This document shows, piece by piece, positions 1 to 11,049 of a stretch of 64,000 nucleotides of DNA. Source of the DNA: Candidatus Binatia bacterium (GTDB lineage: Bacteria > Desulfobacterota > Binatia > UBA9968 > CAXXLF01); NCBI GenBank assembly GCA_963664015.2, contig CAXXLF010000002.1, positions 1,152,001 to 1,216,000 on the forward strand. Reading direction: 5' to 3'. The notes under the pieces are model-generated. The model was not told the origin of the DNA, made no database searches, and was given only the letters and a program-made list of their open reading frames with translations. The position numbers and the translations under genes were made by a program. How positions within the stretch are numbered: the first letter of the stretch is position 1; the number at the start of each line of letters is the position of its first letter.

Positions 1-506
1 GGGTAGTGGCGGTTGTGATTAGTGTACTCGATGACTCCCAGCGAGGCAGACGGGAGAAAGGCCCCAACAGCGGGCGCGCTGCCCAGTGCACTTTTCAGGT
101 TTTGGATATCAGTCGTAACGGCCTGTTTCCCCCGGTAGACAATGGGAGCAACGCAGAACGGGCGCTTGAAATCCGCACCCGCGGTCCGCAGGCGGCTCCA
201 GCTAGGAAAATCGGCTGCCTCCGCCCGAATGCGCGGTTCTGTGTTTGAACCGCCGAAGCCTTCCATGCGCTCAGTCACATAGACGCTGAATCCGGGCTTA
301 CCGAATTCTCCATCGCTGACGACATCGAGACCGGTGTCCATCTGCTTTCGGACAACCTCCGCCACCGCCGACCGGACACGGGCAGCCAAAACCTGGGCGT
401 CCACTGGCCGACCGCTTTCCCGTGTCAGGACCATTTCTAACAAGTCAGGGGGGCGAGGTAGACTACCCGTATGAGTCGTCAGTATCCGTTCTGTACTTCG
501 TTTCAT
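1..506 (-). CDS. Cobalamin-independent methionine synthase II family protein (partial, runs off window start)
   Basis: Manual translation from ATG at 506 gives MKRSTERILTTHTGSLPRPPDLL...RKQMDTGLDVVSDGEFGK, the family's N-terminal THxGSLPRP and DGE motifs. GAGG SD upstream. Absent from the ORF track because no stop lies in the window. Confidence 0.85.
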   Translation of the reverse strand, partial: MKRSTERILTTHTGSLPRPPDLLEMVLTRESGRPVDAQVLAARVRSAVAEVVRKQMDTGLDVVSDGEFGKPGFSVYVTERMEGFGGSNTEPRIRAEAADFPSWSRLRTAGADFKRPFCVAPIVYRGKQAVTTDIQNLKSALGSAPAVGAFLPSASLGVIEYTNHNRHY

Positions 507-628
507 GAGTCACCTCTTAGAAAAAAAGGGCGAGTCAATCAATACCGCCCCACGTCCGATGTTATTTACAGTCTGAAATCATTTGCGTCAAGAGTACGGC
601 CAGATACGCCGGTCCAACAATACACAGG

Positions 629-656
629 TTGACATCCCGGCTCATTTTCCGATACT
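629..656 (+). promoter_or_regulatory. Putative sigma70 promoter of asnS (possibly leaderless)
   Basis: TTGACA (629-634), 16 bp, GATACT (651-656). ATG at 663 with no SD. Confidence 0.45.
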
Positions 657-662
657 TGCCCT

Positions 663-2054
663 ATGGAGTCACAAGTCACATCTGTTAAACAGGCCTATCT
701 TTTACCTGTGGGGAGCGAGATCACGGTGCGGGGTTGGGTCCGCTCCCGCCGGGATTCCAAGGGAATCACCTTCATTGAATTGAACGACGGCTCCCGATTC
801 ACGAGCCTACAACTCGTGGTGGAAGGTGGAGTGGTACCGGTTGAAATACTCACCCAGGTCACCACGGGCAGCTCCCTTTCCGCCTCCGGTGCCCTGGTCC
901 AATCCCCCGCCAAGGGACAAGCCGTGGAATTGAAAGTCACCGTGGTTTCTGTTTACGGCACGGCAGATTCTGCAACGTATCCCTTACAAAAAAAGGGCCA
1001 TTCCCTCGAATTCCTGCGCGAGATCGCCCACCTGCGGGTGCGTAGTAACACATTCGGCGCGGCCTTCCGCGTGCGGAACGCGCTTACCCACGCCATTCAC
1101 AGCTTCTTTCAGGAGCGAGACTTCATCTACGTCCAAACACCAATCATTACGACCTCCGATTGCGAGGGGGCAGGTGAAATGTTCAACGTAACCACTCTAA
1201 ATTTGCGGGACGTTCCTCGCACCGATGACGGCAATGTGGATTGGCAAAAGGATTTTTTCGGTCGGCCCGCGTTCCTAACCGTTAGCGGTCAATTGGAAGC
1301 CGAGATCTTTGCCCAGAATTTTACCCGTGTCTATACTTTTGGTCCCACCTTCCGTGCCGAGAACAGTAATACGCCTCGCCATCTGGCTGAATTCTGGATG
1401 ATCGAGCCGGAAATGGCCTTCAATGATCTGCAGGACAACATGCGTCTGGCTGAAGAGTTTCTAAAATTCACCATTCGCTACATCCTCGAGCATTGTAGGG
1501 AAGACCTGGAGTTTTTCACCCAACGGGTGGAAAAAACCGTACTCGGGACTTTGGAGCACGTGGCAGGTTCTGCCTTTGCCCATCTCTCATACACCGATGC
1601 CATCAAGGCCCTGCAAGAGGCTAACAAGAGATGGGAATTCCCGCCCCAATGGGGCCACGACCTGCAAACGGAGCACGAGCGGTTTCTATCCGAAGAAATC
1701 TTTAAAAAGCCGGTGATCGTGACGGACTACCCGAGGGGTATCAAACCTTTTTACATGCGGGTCAACGACGATGACCGAACCGTGCGGGCCATGGATGTGC
1801 TGGTTCCGCGGGTCGGCGAGATCATTGGCGGGAGCCAGCGCGAAGAACGATACGACGTGATTCTAAATAGGTTAAAAGAAACGGGACTGGATGAAAGGCC
1901 CTACTGGTGGTACCTGGACCTGCGCCGGTATGGGACCGTCCCCCACTCGGGGTTCGGACTCGGCCTGGAACGCATGATGATGTACCTCACCGGCCTTAAA
2001 AATATCCGCGATGTCATTCCTTTTCCCCGGACACCCGGCAACGCGGAATTTTAA
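663..2054 (+). CDS. asnS: Asparagine--tRNA ligase
   Basis: OB-fold N-terminus ([17 protein letters not shown]), [53 protein letters not shown]. Confidence 0.97.
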   Translation: MESQVTSVKQAYLLPVGSEITVRGWVRSRRDSKGITFIELNDGSRFTSLQLVVEGGVVPVEILTQVTTGSSLSASGALVQSPAKGQAVELKVTVVSVYGTADSATYPLQKKGHSLEFLREIAHLRVRSNTFGAAFRVRNALTHAIHSFFQERDFIYVQTPIITTSDCEGAGEMFNVTTLNLRDVPRTDDGNVDWQKDFFGRPAFLTVSGQLEAEIFAQNFTRVYTFGPTFRAENSNTPRHLAEFWMIEPEMAFNDLQDNMRLAEEFLKFTIRYILEHCREDLEFFTQRVEKTVLGTLEHVAGSAFAHLSYTDAIKALQEANKRWEFPPQWGHDLQTEHERFLSEEIFKKPVIVTDYPRGIKPFYMRVNDDDRTVRAMDVLVPRVGEIIGGSQREERYDVILNRLKETGLDERPYWWYLDLRRYGTVPHSGFGLGLERMMMYLTGLKNIRDVIPFPRTPGNAEF

Positions 2055-2254
2055 AATCGCCTAGAAAAAAGAGGAGCGTCGCCTTATTATCTCCCTAGCA
2101 CCTGGCCAGGCACTCACGTAGCACCCTCCGGTCGCCGGTGCATTTCCGTGATCACGATTTTTGCATGATCAACAGGCTCTCCATCCATAAGTTGAGATGG
2201 CTGCGCCCAATAGGCGACCGGACGAATAAGCTCTAGAGCGTAAAAACGACCTCT

Positions 2255-3374
2255 CTATTTCAATAGCTTCTTGGCTAGCTTGCTCGCCGGGATACGCACC
2301 GACTTGATCTTCTTTTCGGTCTGATTTTCGATCTTCATAATTTTTTTAATGTCATCCCGGGAATATCCTTGATAGCCTTGACCCCGAACTCCTGAAGCCC
2401 CATGGTGTCCACGTCAAACCTGCGCGATCCTTGTCCCATGGCCTTGACCCAGATGCTCTGCCCTTCTTTGCTCAGCAGCCAATTCACGAAGGCCTTGGTC
2501 GCATTGGGATGGGGTGGATTCTTGATGATGGTGAGGTTGCCGCTTCCGCCGGTCCCATAGGCCCCTTCCCTAGGCGTAGGAGCCGGCTTAACTGGCAGCC
2601 CAGCTTTGATAAAGGGGACGTATGTGTAATGGGTCAAACCAATTGAGATGGCCAGTTTCCCCTTGGCGACATTCTCGGCTAATTGTCTTTGATTACGGCT
2701 GAGAAGGAGATCCTGTTGGGCAAGCTTTTTCAAGAAATCTTCTCCCTTGGTCATCCACATGAAGGCCCAGGTTGAGTCGCCAGCCCCCGGGTTGCGCGGA
2801 TCGAGAAAGCCAATTTTGCCCTTCCATTTAGGATTGAGGAGATCGTCATACCCCCAAGATCCTCCGGTTTTACCATATCCGTGTTGTACCATATGTTTTC
2901 CGTTAGGTACGCCTGAAAGCCGTAGACATATCGTTGAGCGTTATCAATCCACATATGCCCGCCCCACCACTGCTTAGGATCCTTGACCTCGGGCAACACG
3001 AACCGCGGCTCTACCGGCTCTAGGATTTTATTGCGCACGAGTCCCCGGGTAATGGAATTGACCCCCCCGACATGAATGTCAAAATAGTGCAATCCCGCCT
3101 TGTTTTCCTTCACGATTCGCCGTATGGGCTTGCTTCCCCTTCCGACGATAAGCTCAAGCTCAATGCCGTAGCGCTTCGTGAGCTCTGCATGGGCCGCTTT
3201 GCGTAGCGCCGCACTGGAAGGAAACGATACGACGACCTTTCCCTCCTTTTTCGCTGCCTGTACCACCTTTCCCCAATCCCCTGATCCGCCCATAGCTCCC
3301 TGACCGGGGACAGGACTGATCGCGATCAGTATGACCACAAGTATTAGATAGATCCAATTTACCGTTTTCATCAT
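2255..3374 (-). pseudogene. ABC-type extracellular solute-binding protein (Fe3+/polyamine-like family), two frameshifts (possibly sequencing errors)
   Basis: ORFs 2751-3389 and 2335-2892 plus the tail KIENQTEKKIKSVRIPASKLAKKLLK* join into a full-length paralog of 7259-8377. Breaks fall at short homopolymers near 2851-2855 and 2339-2347. Confidence 0.8.
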
Positions 3375-3867
3375 TAAAACCCTCCCCAAACTTGATTCCT
3401 GGCAATTTTTTATTCGTAATCTCAGGTGTCGATCCGCAATTTATAGATCATTAGGACCCGTTCATAATTGAATCCTGCTGACCGGGCGTCAGAGGTTCAA
3501 ATATGAGGCGGGATTGCAATACGGCAGTTCCGGGAAGACGTCAAGGGGGAAGATAACGGCCTGGAATCACTCGAATTTCCTGGGCCGGTTAAGTGGAAAA
3601 GCGCTGGCGGACAGTGATCGCACTCGACCTGATTCCATGAGACGCATACGAGTTTTCTTTCAAACCCGGCGATTCTTAGATATAGTAGATAGGGTAAGGG
3701 ATAGCTTGGCCCGCCTACTGATTACGATTCCAAAGAAAGTTAACTCAAGGAATTGAAACTCAATTCTCTAAGCGCCGCTCCGACGGTTCGACTTTCAACA
3801 AAAGATTTGACCGTTCCGCAACCACTTTGATAATTCAAGCAGTAGCCTCGCTAAGAGAATTGGGACT

Positions 3868-5745
3868 TTGAAAACTGCACACAGAAACAAGCCTTTCCTT
3901 TTCTGCCTCATAGGAATGGCACTGATTCTTGGCGGATGTGGCTTCCCCCGGCAAATGTTAATGCTTGAGTCACTCGCCGGTGGCAAGACAGATACGCCGG
4001 TGCGAACCGAATCACCAAAGGTCGACCTGAACGAACCGGTTCTTGACGATCGGGAGATCGTGGTGGCCCCGCGGTCTCAGCAGGCTGCCGATCTAACAGA
4101 TCCACCGGGGCCCAAACTCTCGGACCCACCCGAAGACTTCCTTCTATCGGAAACGGAGTACGGACCTCCGCCCTTCTGGCCAAAGGATCCCTCACCATCC
4201 GACTCGACCCAATTTTCTTCCCTGTCCCCAACAGAAGATAAAGCCTCATGGGAAGAATACGAGGAAGCGTCGAAATCGGTAGAGCCCGCGGATTCGGAAT
4301 CACAAGTCCCTGCCGCTTTCCCCGGCAAGGAGGAATCCGATCTATGGGATCGCATCCGCCGGGGTTTCGCCTTGCCGGAACGGCGAAACGCGCAGGTTGT
4401 GGCAGAGGTAAAATGGTTCAGCCGTAATCAAGCCTACCTGGATCGTGTCGCCGATAGGGCCCAACCCTATTTACATTATATTGTCAGCCAGGTGGAGAAA
4501 CGGGGAATACCCACCGAGATCGTGTTGCTCCCCGTGGTGGAGAGTGCATTTCAGCCCTTTGCCCACTCCTCCAGCCGTGCCGCCGGTATTTGGCAGTTTA
4601 TCCCCGGTACGGGACGACGCTTCGGTTTGAAATTAAACTGGTGGTACGATGGCCGACGGGATATTAAGGCCTCCACAAAGGCGGCTCTTGATTATCTGGA
4701 ATATCTGAACAAATTTTTCGATGGTGATTGGTTGCTGGCCCTGGCCGCCTATAACTCGGGCGAAGGCACCGTACTCAAAGCGATGCGCGCCAACCGACGA
4801 CGGGGCAGGTCCACCAAGTTTTGGTCACTGCAACTACCCCGGGAAACAAAACAATACGTGCCCCGACTCCTTGCCATTCGCGACATCGTCGCCACTCCAG
4901 AAAAACTAGGCATTACTCTCAAGTCCATAGCCGATGAACCCTATCTCACCAGCGTGGATATCAATTCACAATTGGTCCTCGCCGATGCGGCTAAACTAGC
5001 GGAAATGGACCTGGAAGAGCTGCTTCAACTCAATCCGGGTTTCAAGCACGGGGTCACCGCGCCGGATGGCCCCCATGAACTGTTAATCCCCCTGGACAAG
5101 GCGGACCGCTTCGCCACCCAGGTAGCCCAGCTGCCTTCCGAAGAACGGATCCAATGGATGCGACATCTGATAATCCCTGGCAACACACTTGGCGGGGTTG
5201 CGCTCGATTATAAAACGACAATCAGAGTATTGCGCCAGTTCAATAAACTCAGAGGCAACCTCATTCGCGCCGGCGATTATCTCGTTATCCCTATCCCCGC
5301 GCGTACCAAGAGTCGCCGCCAGAACGCTCTTCGAGACGTCGCCGCTCGCAGCGAGACAACCATTCACACTGTGACGAGCGGAGATAATTTGTGGACCCTG
5401 AGCCGGAGATTTGGCACCACGGTGCGACACCTATGCAACTGGAATGGCATATCCCATCATGCGTTGCTCCAGCCCGGCCAGAAAATTACCGTGTTCCGCG
5501 GTCCTTCGTCCAGCGTGATCCCCGCCAGCCTGAACACGCCCACCGTACCGGGGGCGATTGCCAAACCTCGTAAGATTACCTATACAGTGCGTAAAGGGGA
5601 TACCTTGACACGTATCGCACAGCGCTACAGGGTCACGATCAAACAGTTAGAGCGGTGGAACAATATCAAGAGCAAGCGATATCTCCAACCGGGCCAAAAA
5701 CTCACTCTATACATCGCCCTCACAGCCGACTCCGAGAGAAGCTGA
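3868..5745 (+). CDS. mltD: Membrane-bound lytic murein transglycosylase D (SLT domain plus 3 LysM)
   Basis: Lipoprotein-like N-terminus (LILGGC), LPVVESAF catalytic Glu, AAGIWQFIP, ALAAYNSG, LPRETKQYVP, three LysM repeats. Confidence 0.92.
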   Translation: MKTAHRNKPFLFCLIGMALILGGCGFPRQMLMLESLAGGKTDTPVRTESPKVDLNEPVLDDREIVVAPRSQQAADLTDPPGPKLSDPPEDFLLSETEYGPPPFWPKDPSPSDSTQFSSLSPTEDKASWEEYEEASKSVEPADSESQVPAAFPGKEESDLWDRIRRGFALPERRNAQVVAEVKWFSRNQAYLDRVADRAQPYLHYIVSQVEKRGIPTEIVLLPVVESAFQPFAHSSSRAAGIWQFIPGTGRRFGLKLNWWYDGRRDIKASTKAALDYLEYLNKFFDGDWLLALAAYNSGEGTVLKAMRANRRRGRSTKFWSLQLPRETKQYVPRLLAIRDIVATPEKLGITLKSIADEPYLTSVDINSQLVLADAAKLAEMDLEELLQLNPGFKHGVTAPDGPHELLIPLDKADRFATQVAQLPSEERIQWMRHLIIPGNTLGGVALDYKTTIRVLRQFNKLRGNLIRAGDYLVIPIPARTKSRRQNALRDVAARSETTIHTVTSGDNLWTLSRRFGTTVRHLCNWNGISHHALLQPGQKITVFRGPSSSVIPASLNTPTVPGAIAKPRKITYTVRKGDTLTRIAQRYRVTIKQLERWNNIKSKRYLQPGQKLTLYIALTADSERS

Positions 5746-5809
5746 CCTCGTTCCCCCGCTCCCCACCCTCACGCCCTACAGTCACTAATTAAAGGTGCTC
5801 CTGCATGAA

Positions 5810-6399
5810 CTACATTAGATCACAATAGTCTTCTTGATCGGCTTTTTTCATTGCGGGAGTGTACTGCTCGCGAACTTGCTCACCGTGAGAAATCAATTGA
5901 ATTTGAGGCCACTTGGGCAGCGGATGTTTTATTGAGTAAAGATAAACATCCGTGATAAGCCTGGCATGCCGTCCAGTACCGTTCGTGAAAGGATGTATCC
6001 TTGTCAGTCGATTCTGCAGACGGGCCGCAACTTCGAGGGGGGGGGGCCCATGGAGCATTCATCTGAGATCTAATACTTAAAATCTCCACACAATACCTTG
6101 ATCTGTTGATAGATCAGATGGGGTTCCATTCCCATATTTAATCGTTCGGTCCGATATTTTCCCGCCCAGTCCCAAATGTCGCCGAACATGTCCAGACGCA
6201 CGCGCCGAATGAACACGTCGGTCAGCCATGCTGCTCCAAACCTTTTCCTTCGAGCTCTAAAGACGTATTTGTCGTAGGCCCGAGAGATGGCCTCCAGCTC
6301 GGCTGCGTTCCGGGCGTTACCACTTGTCAGTCGCGCCTGTTTCGGGCATGACAAATCCTCACCTGGCGTTGCCCCTGGGTGTTCGGTTTGATCATTCAT
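5810..6399 (-). pseudogene. Fic-domain 'mobile mystery protein B'-like, disrupted
   Basis: PGATP...MFGDIWDWAGKYR, then an in-frame TAG (6070-6072) and a frameshift near the G10 run (6037-6046), then the Fic motif HPFTNGTGRHAR. Confidence 0.8.
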
Positions 6400-6855
6400 C
6401 GGATTTGGACCAGAGTTTTTCCTTAGGATCGCTTAGGATTTTATCGGTGCACTTTTCCAGAAGGTGCCGAAAGACATCGGCCTCCGGCGCTTGCTCCTCC
6501 AAGGCCATCGTCCCCATGGATTGTTTAAGACGTTTTAACGCGTGACTACGCGCCCTTCCTCGAAGCACATCTTTGTAGGTCGAATCGGGCGTGGTTCAAC
6601 AACCAGATCACACGACAAGGGGCCGAATATTCGCTTCAATGTAGTGACCTGGGAATCTATTTTGCCACGCTCAATTCCAGCAAGGTGCGGCTGAATCACA
6701 TGGGCACGTTCAGCAAGTTCAGCTTGTGTCATACGCAGCGCAAGGCGCACCATGCGGATCCAGTCTCCAGGAGATTGCTCAAACTGGCGGCTCATAGTAG
6801 CTTCGAGACGCGATAAGACCATGTCATCGATAATGCTTAATCGCTTCCGAATCAT
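6392..6855 (-). pseudogene. XRE-HTH 'mobile mystery protein A'-like, frameshifted
   Basis: WIRMVRLALRMTQAELAERA...IERGK HTH. The C-terminus (SMGTMALEEQ...EKLWSKSDE*) continues in another frame and overlaps the start of the Fic gene. Confidence 0.75.
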
Positions 6856-7258
6856 GTTACTATTTTATATAATTAAACATATAATCCTAGCATTAATCGA
6901 TATGGTTTAACGTATCACAACTACAAGAACAGCTGTTAACTTAGATACTTATATATAATAGTTCGCTCTATATAGTGATTCCCTAGCAGGGGATTCAACC
7001 TCGAGCGCAAGAAATCGTGCCCTTGACGAAAGTTGCCTCGCCTCTCCCCGGCAGTTAGATATTCCAAAGAGCGCCTGCTCGTAAACTCGGGTTTCGTATG
7101 TGGCGTCGAATCTGTGCCCTAACTCGTGTTGCAACGATGGACAAGGAGAAAATGGAAGGAATTAACGGGAAGATTGATATTAATGTAATGTCTGACCCTA
7201 GATCCCCCGGGACATGCTTCGGGCCCTATGGTCAAAACATGCCCCGGGAGCCTCATTC

Positions 7259-8377
7259 CTATTTCAAGAGCCTCTTGGCTACCTTCTTTGCAGGGATACG
7301 CACGGAGTGTATCTTCTTTTCGGTCTGATTCTCCAACTCAGACCACTTTTCAACGGTCATCCCGGGAATGTCCTTCATAGCCGTGACTCCAAACTCTGGA
7401 AGCCACTTTGTATCCACATCGAGCCGGCGCGTTCCCTGTCCCATGGCCTTGACCCAGATACCCTGCCCTTCTTTGCTCATCAGCCAATTCACGAACACCT
7501 TGGCCGCGTTGGGGTGGGGTGGATTCTTGAGGATGGTGAGGTTGCCGCTTCCACCCGATCCATAGAAACCCTCCTTAGGCCTCGGTGCCGCCTTAACCGG
7601 GAGGCCCGCCTTAATGAACGGGAGATAAGAGTAATGGGTCAAACCGACAGACATTGCAATTTTCCCCTTGGCCACGCTCTCGGCCAGGAGCCTCTGATTA
7701 CGGCTAAGCATGAGATCCTGTGCGACGAGCTTGCGCAAATAATCTTCTCCCTTGATCATCCACATGAACGACCAATTCGAGTCGCCGGCCCCCGGATTGC
7801 GCGGGTCTAGAAATCCTATTTTACCCTTCCATTTTGGATTAAGGAGAGCCTCATAAGACCCAAGCTCCTCTCGCTTTACCAGCTCTGTGTTGTACCATAT
7901 ACCCTCGGTAATATACGCTTGTAGACCAAGAATATAACGTTGAGCGTTGTCGATCCACATATGCCCGCCCCACCATTGCTTGGGGTCCTTAACCTCGGGC
8001 AATATAAACGACGGTTCCACCGGCTCCAGGAGATTATTGCCCAGTAGACCCCGGACGATGGAATTGGTCCCGCCGACGTGAATGTCGAAATATCGCAGCC
8101 CCGCCTTATTTTCCTCCACGATTCGCCGTATTGCCGCGCTTCCCCTTCCGACGATAAGCTCAAGCTCAATGCCGTAGCGTTTCGTGAATGCCGCATGAGC
8201 CTGTTTCCGTAACTCCGCACTGGAAGGAAATGATACGACGACCTTTCCCTCCTTTTTCGCCGCCTGAAGCACCTTTACCCAATCCCCCGAGCCGCCCATG
8301 GCTCCCTGAGCCAATGGGGGACCGCCCATACCCAAGATCACAGCGAATGCAAAATAGATCCAAGTTAACTTTTTCAT
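7259..8377 (-). CDS. ABC-type extracellular solute-binding protein (orphan)
   Basis: Signal peptide MKKLTWIYFAFAVILG, AAKKEGKVVV, LLNPKWKGKI, PHPNAAKVFVNWLMSKEGQ. GGAGG SD precedes ATG 8377. Confidence 0.9.
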   Translation of the reverse strand: MKKLTWIYFAFAVILGMGGPPLAQGAMGGSGDWVKVLQAAKKEGKVVVSFPSSAELRKQAHAAFTKRYGIELELIVGRGSAAIRRIVEENKAGLRYFDIHVGGTNSIVRGLLGNNLLEPVEPSFILPEVKDPKQWWGGHMWIDNAQRYILGLQAYITEGIWYNTELVKREELGSYEALLNPKWKGKIGFLDPRNPGAGDSNWSFMWMIKGEDYLRKLVAQDLMLSRNQRLLAESVAKGKIAMSVGLTHYSYLPFIKAGLPVKAAPRPKEGFYGSGGSGNLTILKNPPHPNAAKVFVNWLMSKEGQGIWVKAMGQGTRRLDVDTKWLPEFGVTAMKDIPGMTVEKWSELENQTEKKIHSVRIPAKKVAKRLLK

Positions 8378-8514
8378 TGTCGAATCCTCCCCATCTCTTT
8401 TTGCCGGACACGCCTTTGAGGAACAGCACATTATTGTAAATTCGAAAAGCCGTCACGGGCACCAGGGGCACGACTAATCTAAATAGAGAATGGAATAATT
8501 TTTGACAGGATTAA

Positions 8515-8605
8515 TATTTCCAGCCGGAGCGAAAAGTGAACATATCCTAGGCGTTACGGCCGACTCGGAGAGAAGCTAACCTCGACACCCTTCCCCAACC
8601 CTCAC
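8515..8605 (+). repeat. Degenerate copy of mltD 3' end and downstream sequence
   Basis: 8556-8584 matches 5722-5750 at 26/29 nt and encodes TADSERS*. It is followed by the same CCCCA(A)CCCTCAC motif. Confidence 0.8.
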
Positions 8606-8752
8606 ATCTCAAATGGGCCCGTTCCGCTAGACACTCGACGGGATCTATAAATTCAACCCCCCCCGGGGGAATCGGACGCTACGACCACACGCCGCTCCCG
8701 TCTTTGTCAGCCAAGACTTGACCGTTCGGCTTCTGGTACTCGTTTGGAATTT

Positions 8753-9853
8753 TTACAATCCGTAGAGGGCTCGGGCATTGTCACTCAGGATCTTCTGCTT
8801 TACTTCAGGCGACAAATCCGTCCTCGTTTTAAACACGGTAATGGCATCGACGTCGCTCGATGTGTCAATGTGTCCGTAGTCCGTCCCGATGACAAGGCAG
8901 TCTTCCCCAGCCTGCTTCGTGATATAGGGCAAGTCATCTGAGTTTTCACAGGTGACAAACATTCGAAACTCGCGAGCGACGTTGTCGGAGCATTCGCGAC
9001 CCATTGTTTTGAAGCGATTCCTGACTTCGTGCATCGCCCAGGGCAACCACTGGGAGCTGGCCTCGATAAAGCCCCACCGCAGTCGCGGAAACACCTGAGG
9101 TATTTCGCTGAGCATCACGTCGCTAAAAGCAGCCACAGTGGGCATTCTGAAACGATGCAACGTAGCGGCGCTCGGCACGGGATGGCGGTAAAGGTCACTA
9201 AGCCAAGGGTTGCCGTTGGCAATGTGGACGGCAATCGCCAGATCAAGACGGCTCGCCTCTTCGTAGATCGGGTAAAAGTAGGTGTCCACGAGAAGGCGGT
9301 TGCCCTCGACCGGGCGCATCAAGACGGCGCAGGCGCCGTTTTCCTTGGCGAAGCGAATTTGGTCGAGCGCATCGGTCATGCTCAGGGTCGGCGCCATGCA
9401 GGACCACCGCAAACGACCCTTCCCCTGGCGCCAAATATCGGCGAGCCAACGGTTCCAACTTTTGCAAAGAGCCACTTCCACTGCCGCACGGTCCGTGGCC
9501 GATTCGATGAACATGGTGTTGTGTAGCACCTGGACGTTAACGCCGCTCTGATCCATATGCTCCAGGCGCAGGTCGACATTGCCTAATTCGCGTGACTCCA
9601 GGTCGTCAGCGAACCTACGACCAACCTGTCGGGATCGTTTCTCCAACTCGTCGGCTGAAAAAGCGGGGAAACGGAACCCCTTCACCCTTCCATCGATGAG
9701 CCAAAATTGAAGTTTCACGCCAGCCTCTTCGCGGGTTTCAAGGGGTAAGGGCCGATACTGCTTCTCCGATGGGTCCATGAAGTCCCAAGTGTGGGCAGAT
9801 TCCACCACATGGGCGTCTGCATCAATGATAAGAGTTTCCGCATCGGCTTCCAT
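8753..9853 (-). CDS. Amidohydrolase_2 family protein
   Basis: IIDADAHVVE metal motif, AVHIANG, FIEASSQW, IGTDYGHID. Confidence 0.9.
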   Translation of the reverse strand: MEADAETLIIDADAHVVESAHTWDFMDPSEKQYRPLPLETREEAGVKLQFWLIDGRVKGFRFPAFSADELEKRSRQVGRRFADDLESRELGNVDLRLEHMDQSGVNVQVLHNTMFIESATDRAAVEVALCKSWNRWLADIWRQGKGRLRWSCMAPTLSMTDALDQIRFAKENGACAVLMRPVEGNRLLVDTYFYPIYEEASRLDLAIAVHIANGNPWLSDLYRHPVPSAATLHRFRMPTVAAFSDVMLSEIPQVFPRLRWGFIEASSQWLPWAMHEVRNRFKTMGRECSDNVAREFRMFVTCENSDDLPYITKQAGEDCLVIGTDYGHIDTSSDVDAITVFKTRTDLSPEVKQKILSDNARALYGL

Positions 9854-10014
9854 AAGCTCATTCCTCCTGCTCTGGATCCTTGCCCCTAGTTGTGTATACT
9901 TCGTTTTCCATTTTGTTAATGATAAGCAGAATGGGGTCAGATCATCCCGACGTTGAAAACCCTACAGCCGCTTCCTTGGATCATCCTATCATGACACATT
10001 CACCCTGCAACCCT

Positions 10015-10992
10015 TCATTGTCCAATAACGGTTCCCGGGCCGGGGACCTTGCCATCGTATAGCTTGTCGGTGAAACCGCTCTCTTCTATGGACCGGAGCA
10101 CGTCCAGGTTCCACAGGCTCATGGGATTCAGATGGTTGACGATCTCCGGCTCTTCCATTGCGGCCAGGTCGAATGTGTTTTTGATCGCTTCGGCCGTAGG
10201 ATAGAGTCGGGGCTCGAGAATCTGGTAATTGTGATCGTGAAGATACTCTAGCACCTTGAGGTCTTCGATCTTCAACTCCACCGCCACGTCCTCCTGCATC
10301 ACCTCCCACATCTCATCCCTCTTGGTCTTGATGAAGTGGACTCCCATGAGGACGGCTTTGGCTACCGCCTCGCACAGGTCACGCCGCTTTTGCAGAATCG
10401 GCCATAGGGTTGTCAGGGTCGTTGCCAACACCATGGGAAGCGGGGACAGCGGAAAGACGTGCAACCCCTTGCGGCGGGCCTCCTCATCGTCGGGGAGGGA
10501 AGCAAACGAGGCAAAGGCCCTTCCTTCTACAACGTCGGAATATGATTTTCGGCCGCTGCTGGGAACGAATTTGATCTTGTGAGGGTCGGCCCCACCCCTT
10601 TGGAGATAAAGCAGGTGATTGCCGCCAGGATGCGAGCCGTTATGCCGATCCGCGGTGACCTTTGGATTCTCACTCAGAGTCTTGCCTTCAAGATCCTTCA
10701 GGCTCTTAATGGGATCCTTCGACACCATGACATCGTCCACCCAGTTCACAGTGGATCCCAGATAGACAAACGGATGCCCGTGATATCGGTGGTTATAAGG
10801 AGAAATATGACTGCCGAAGATGAAGTCGCACTTGCCGTTGATCAGGAGAGGGTCCGACTCGGCAGCGCCCGACACGAATTTCACGCTTTTCAGGTCGATT
10901 CCGGCTTTCTCCCAGGCCTTGCAGGCCTTCATCGCGGCCAGAAGCGGATACTGGATGGGACGGGAGCGATATACCAATTCTAAAGGTATCAT
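10015..10992 (-). CDS. SsuA/NMT1(THI5)-like periplasmic-binding-fold protein lacking a signal peptide
   Basis: AGIDLK, LINGKCDF, IKSLKDLEGK and AVAKAVLMGVHFIK pattern of the PBP2 SsuA/NMT1 family. No hydrophobic N-terminal stretch. Confidence 0.7.
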   Translation of the reverse strand: MIPLELVYRSRPIQYPLLAAMKACKAWEKAGIDLKSVKFVSGAAESDPLLINGKCDFIFGSHISPYNHRYHGHPFVYLGSTVNWVDDVMVSKDPIKSLKDLEGKTLSENPKVTADRHNGSHPGGNHLLYLQRGGADPHKIKFVPSSGRKSYSDVVEGRAFASFASLPDDEEARRKGLHVFPLSPLPMVLATTLTTLWPILQKRRDLCEAVAKAVLMGVHFIKTKRDEMWEVMQEDVAVELKIEDLKVLEYLHDHNYQILEPRLYPTAEAIKNTFDLAAMEEPEIVNHLNPMSLWNLDVLRSIEESGFTDKLYDGKVPGPGTVIGQ

Positions 10993-11049
10993 ATAGGTTT
11001 CTCCATTCTGGAATAAGTTATTTTCAATGAGTTGTTTACTGGAATTTGC

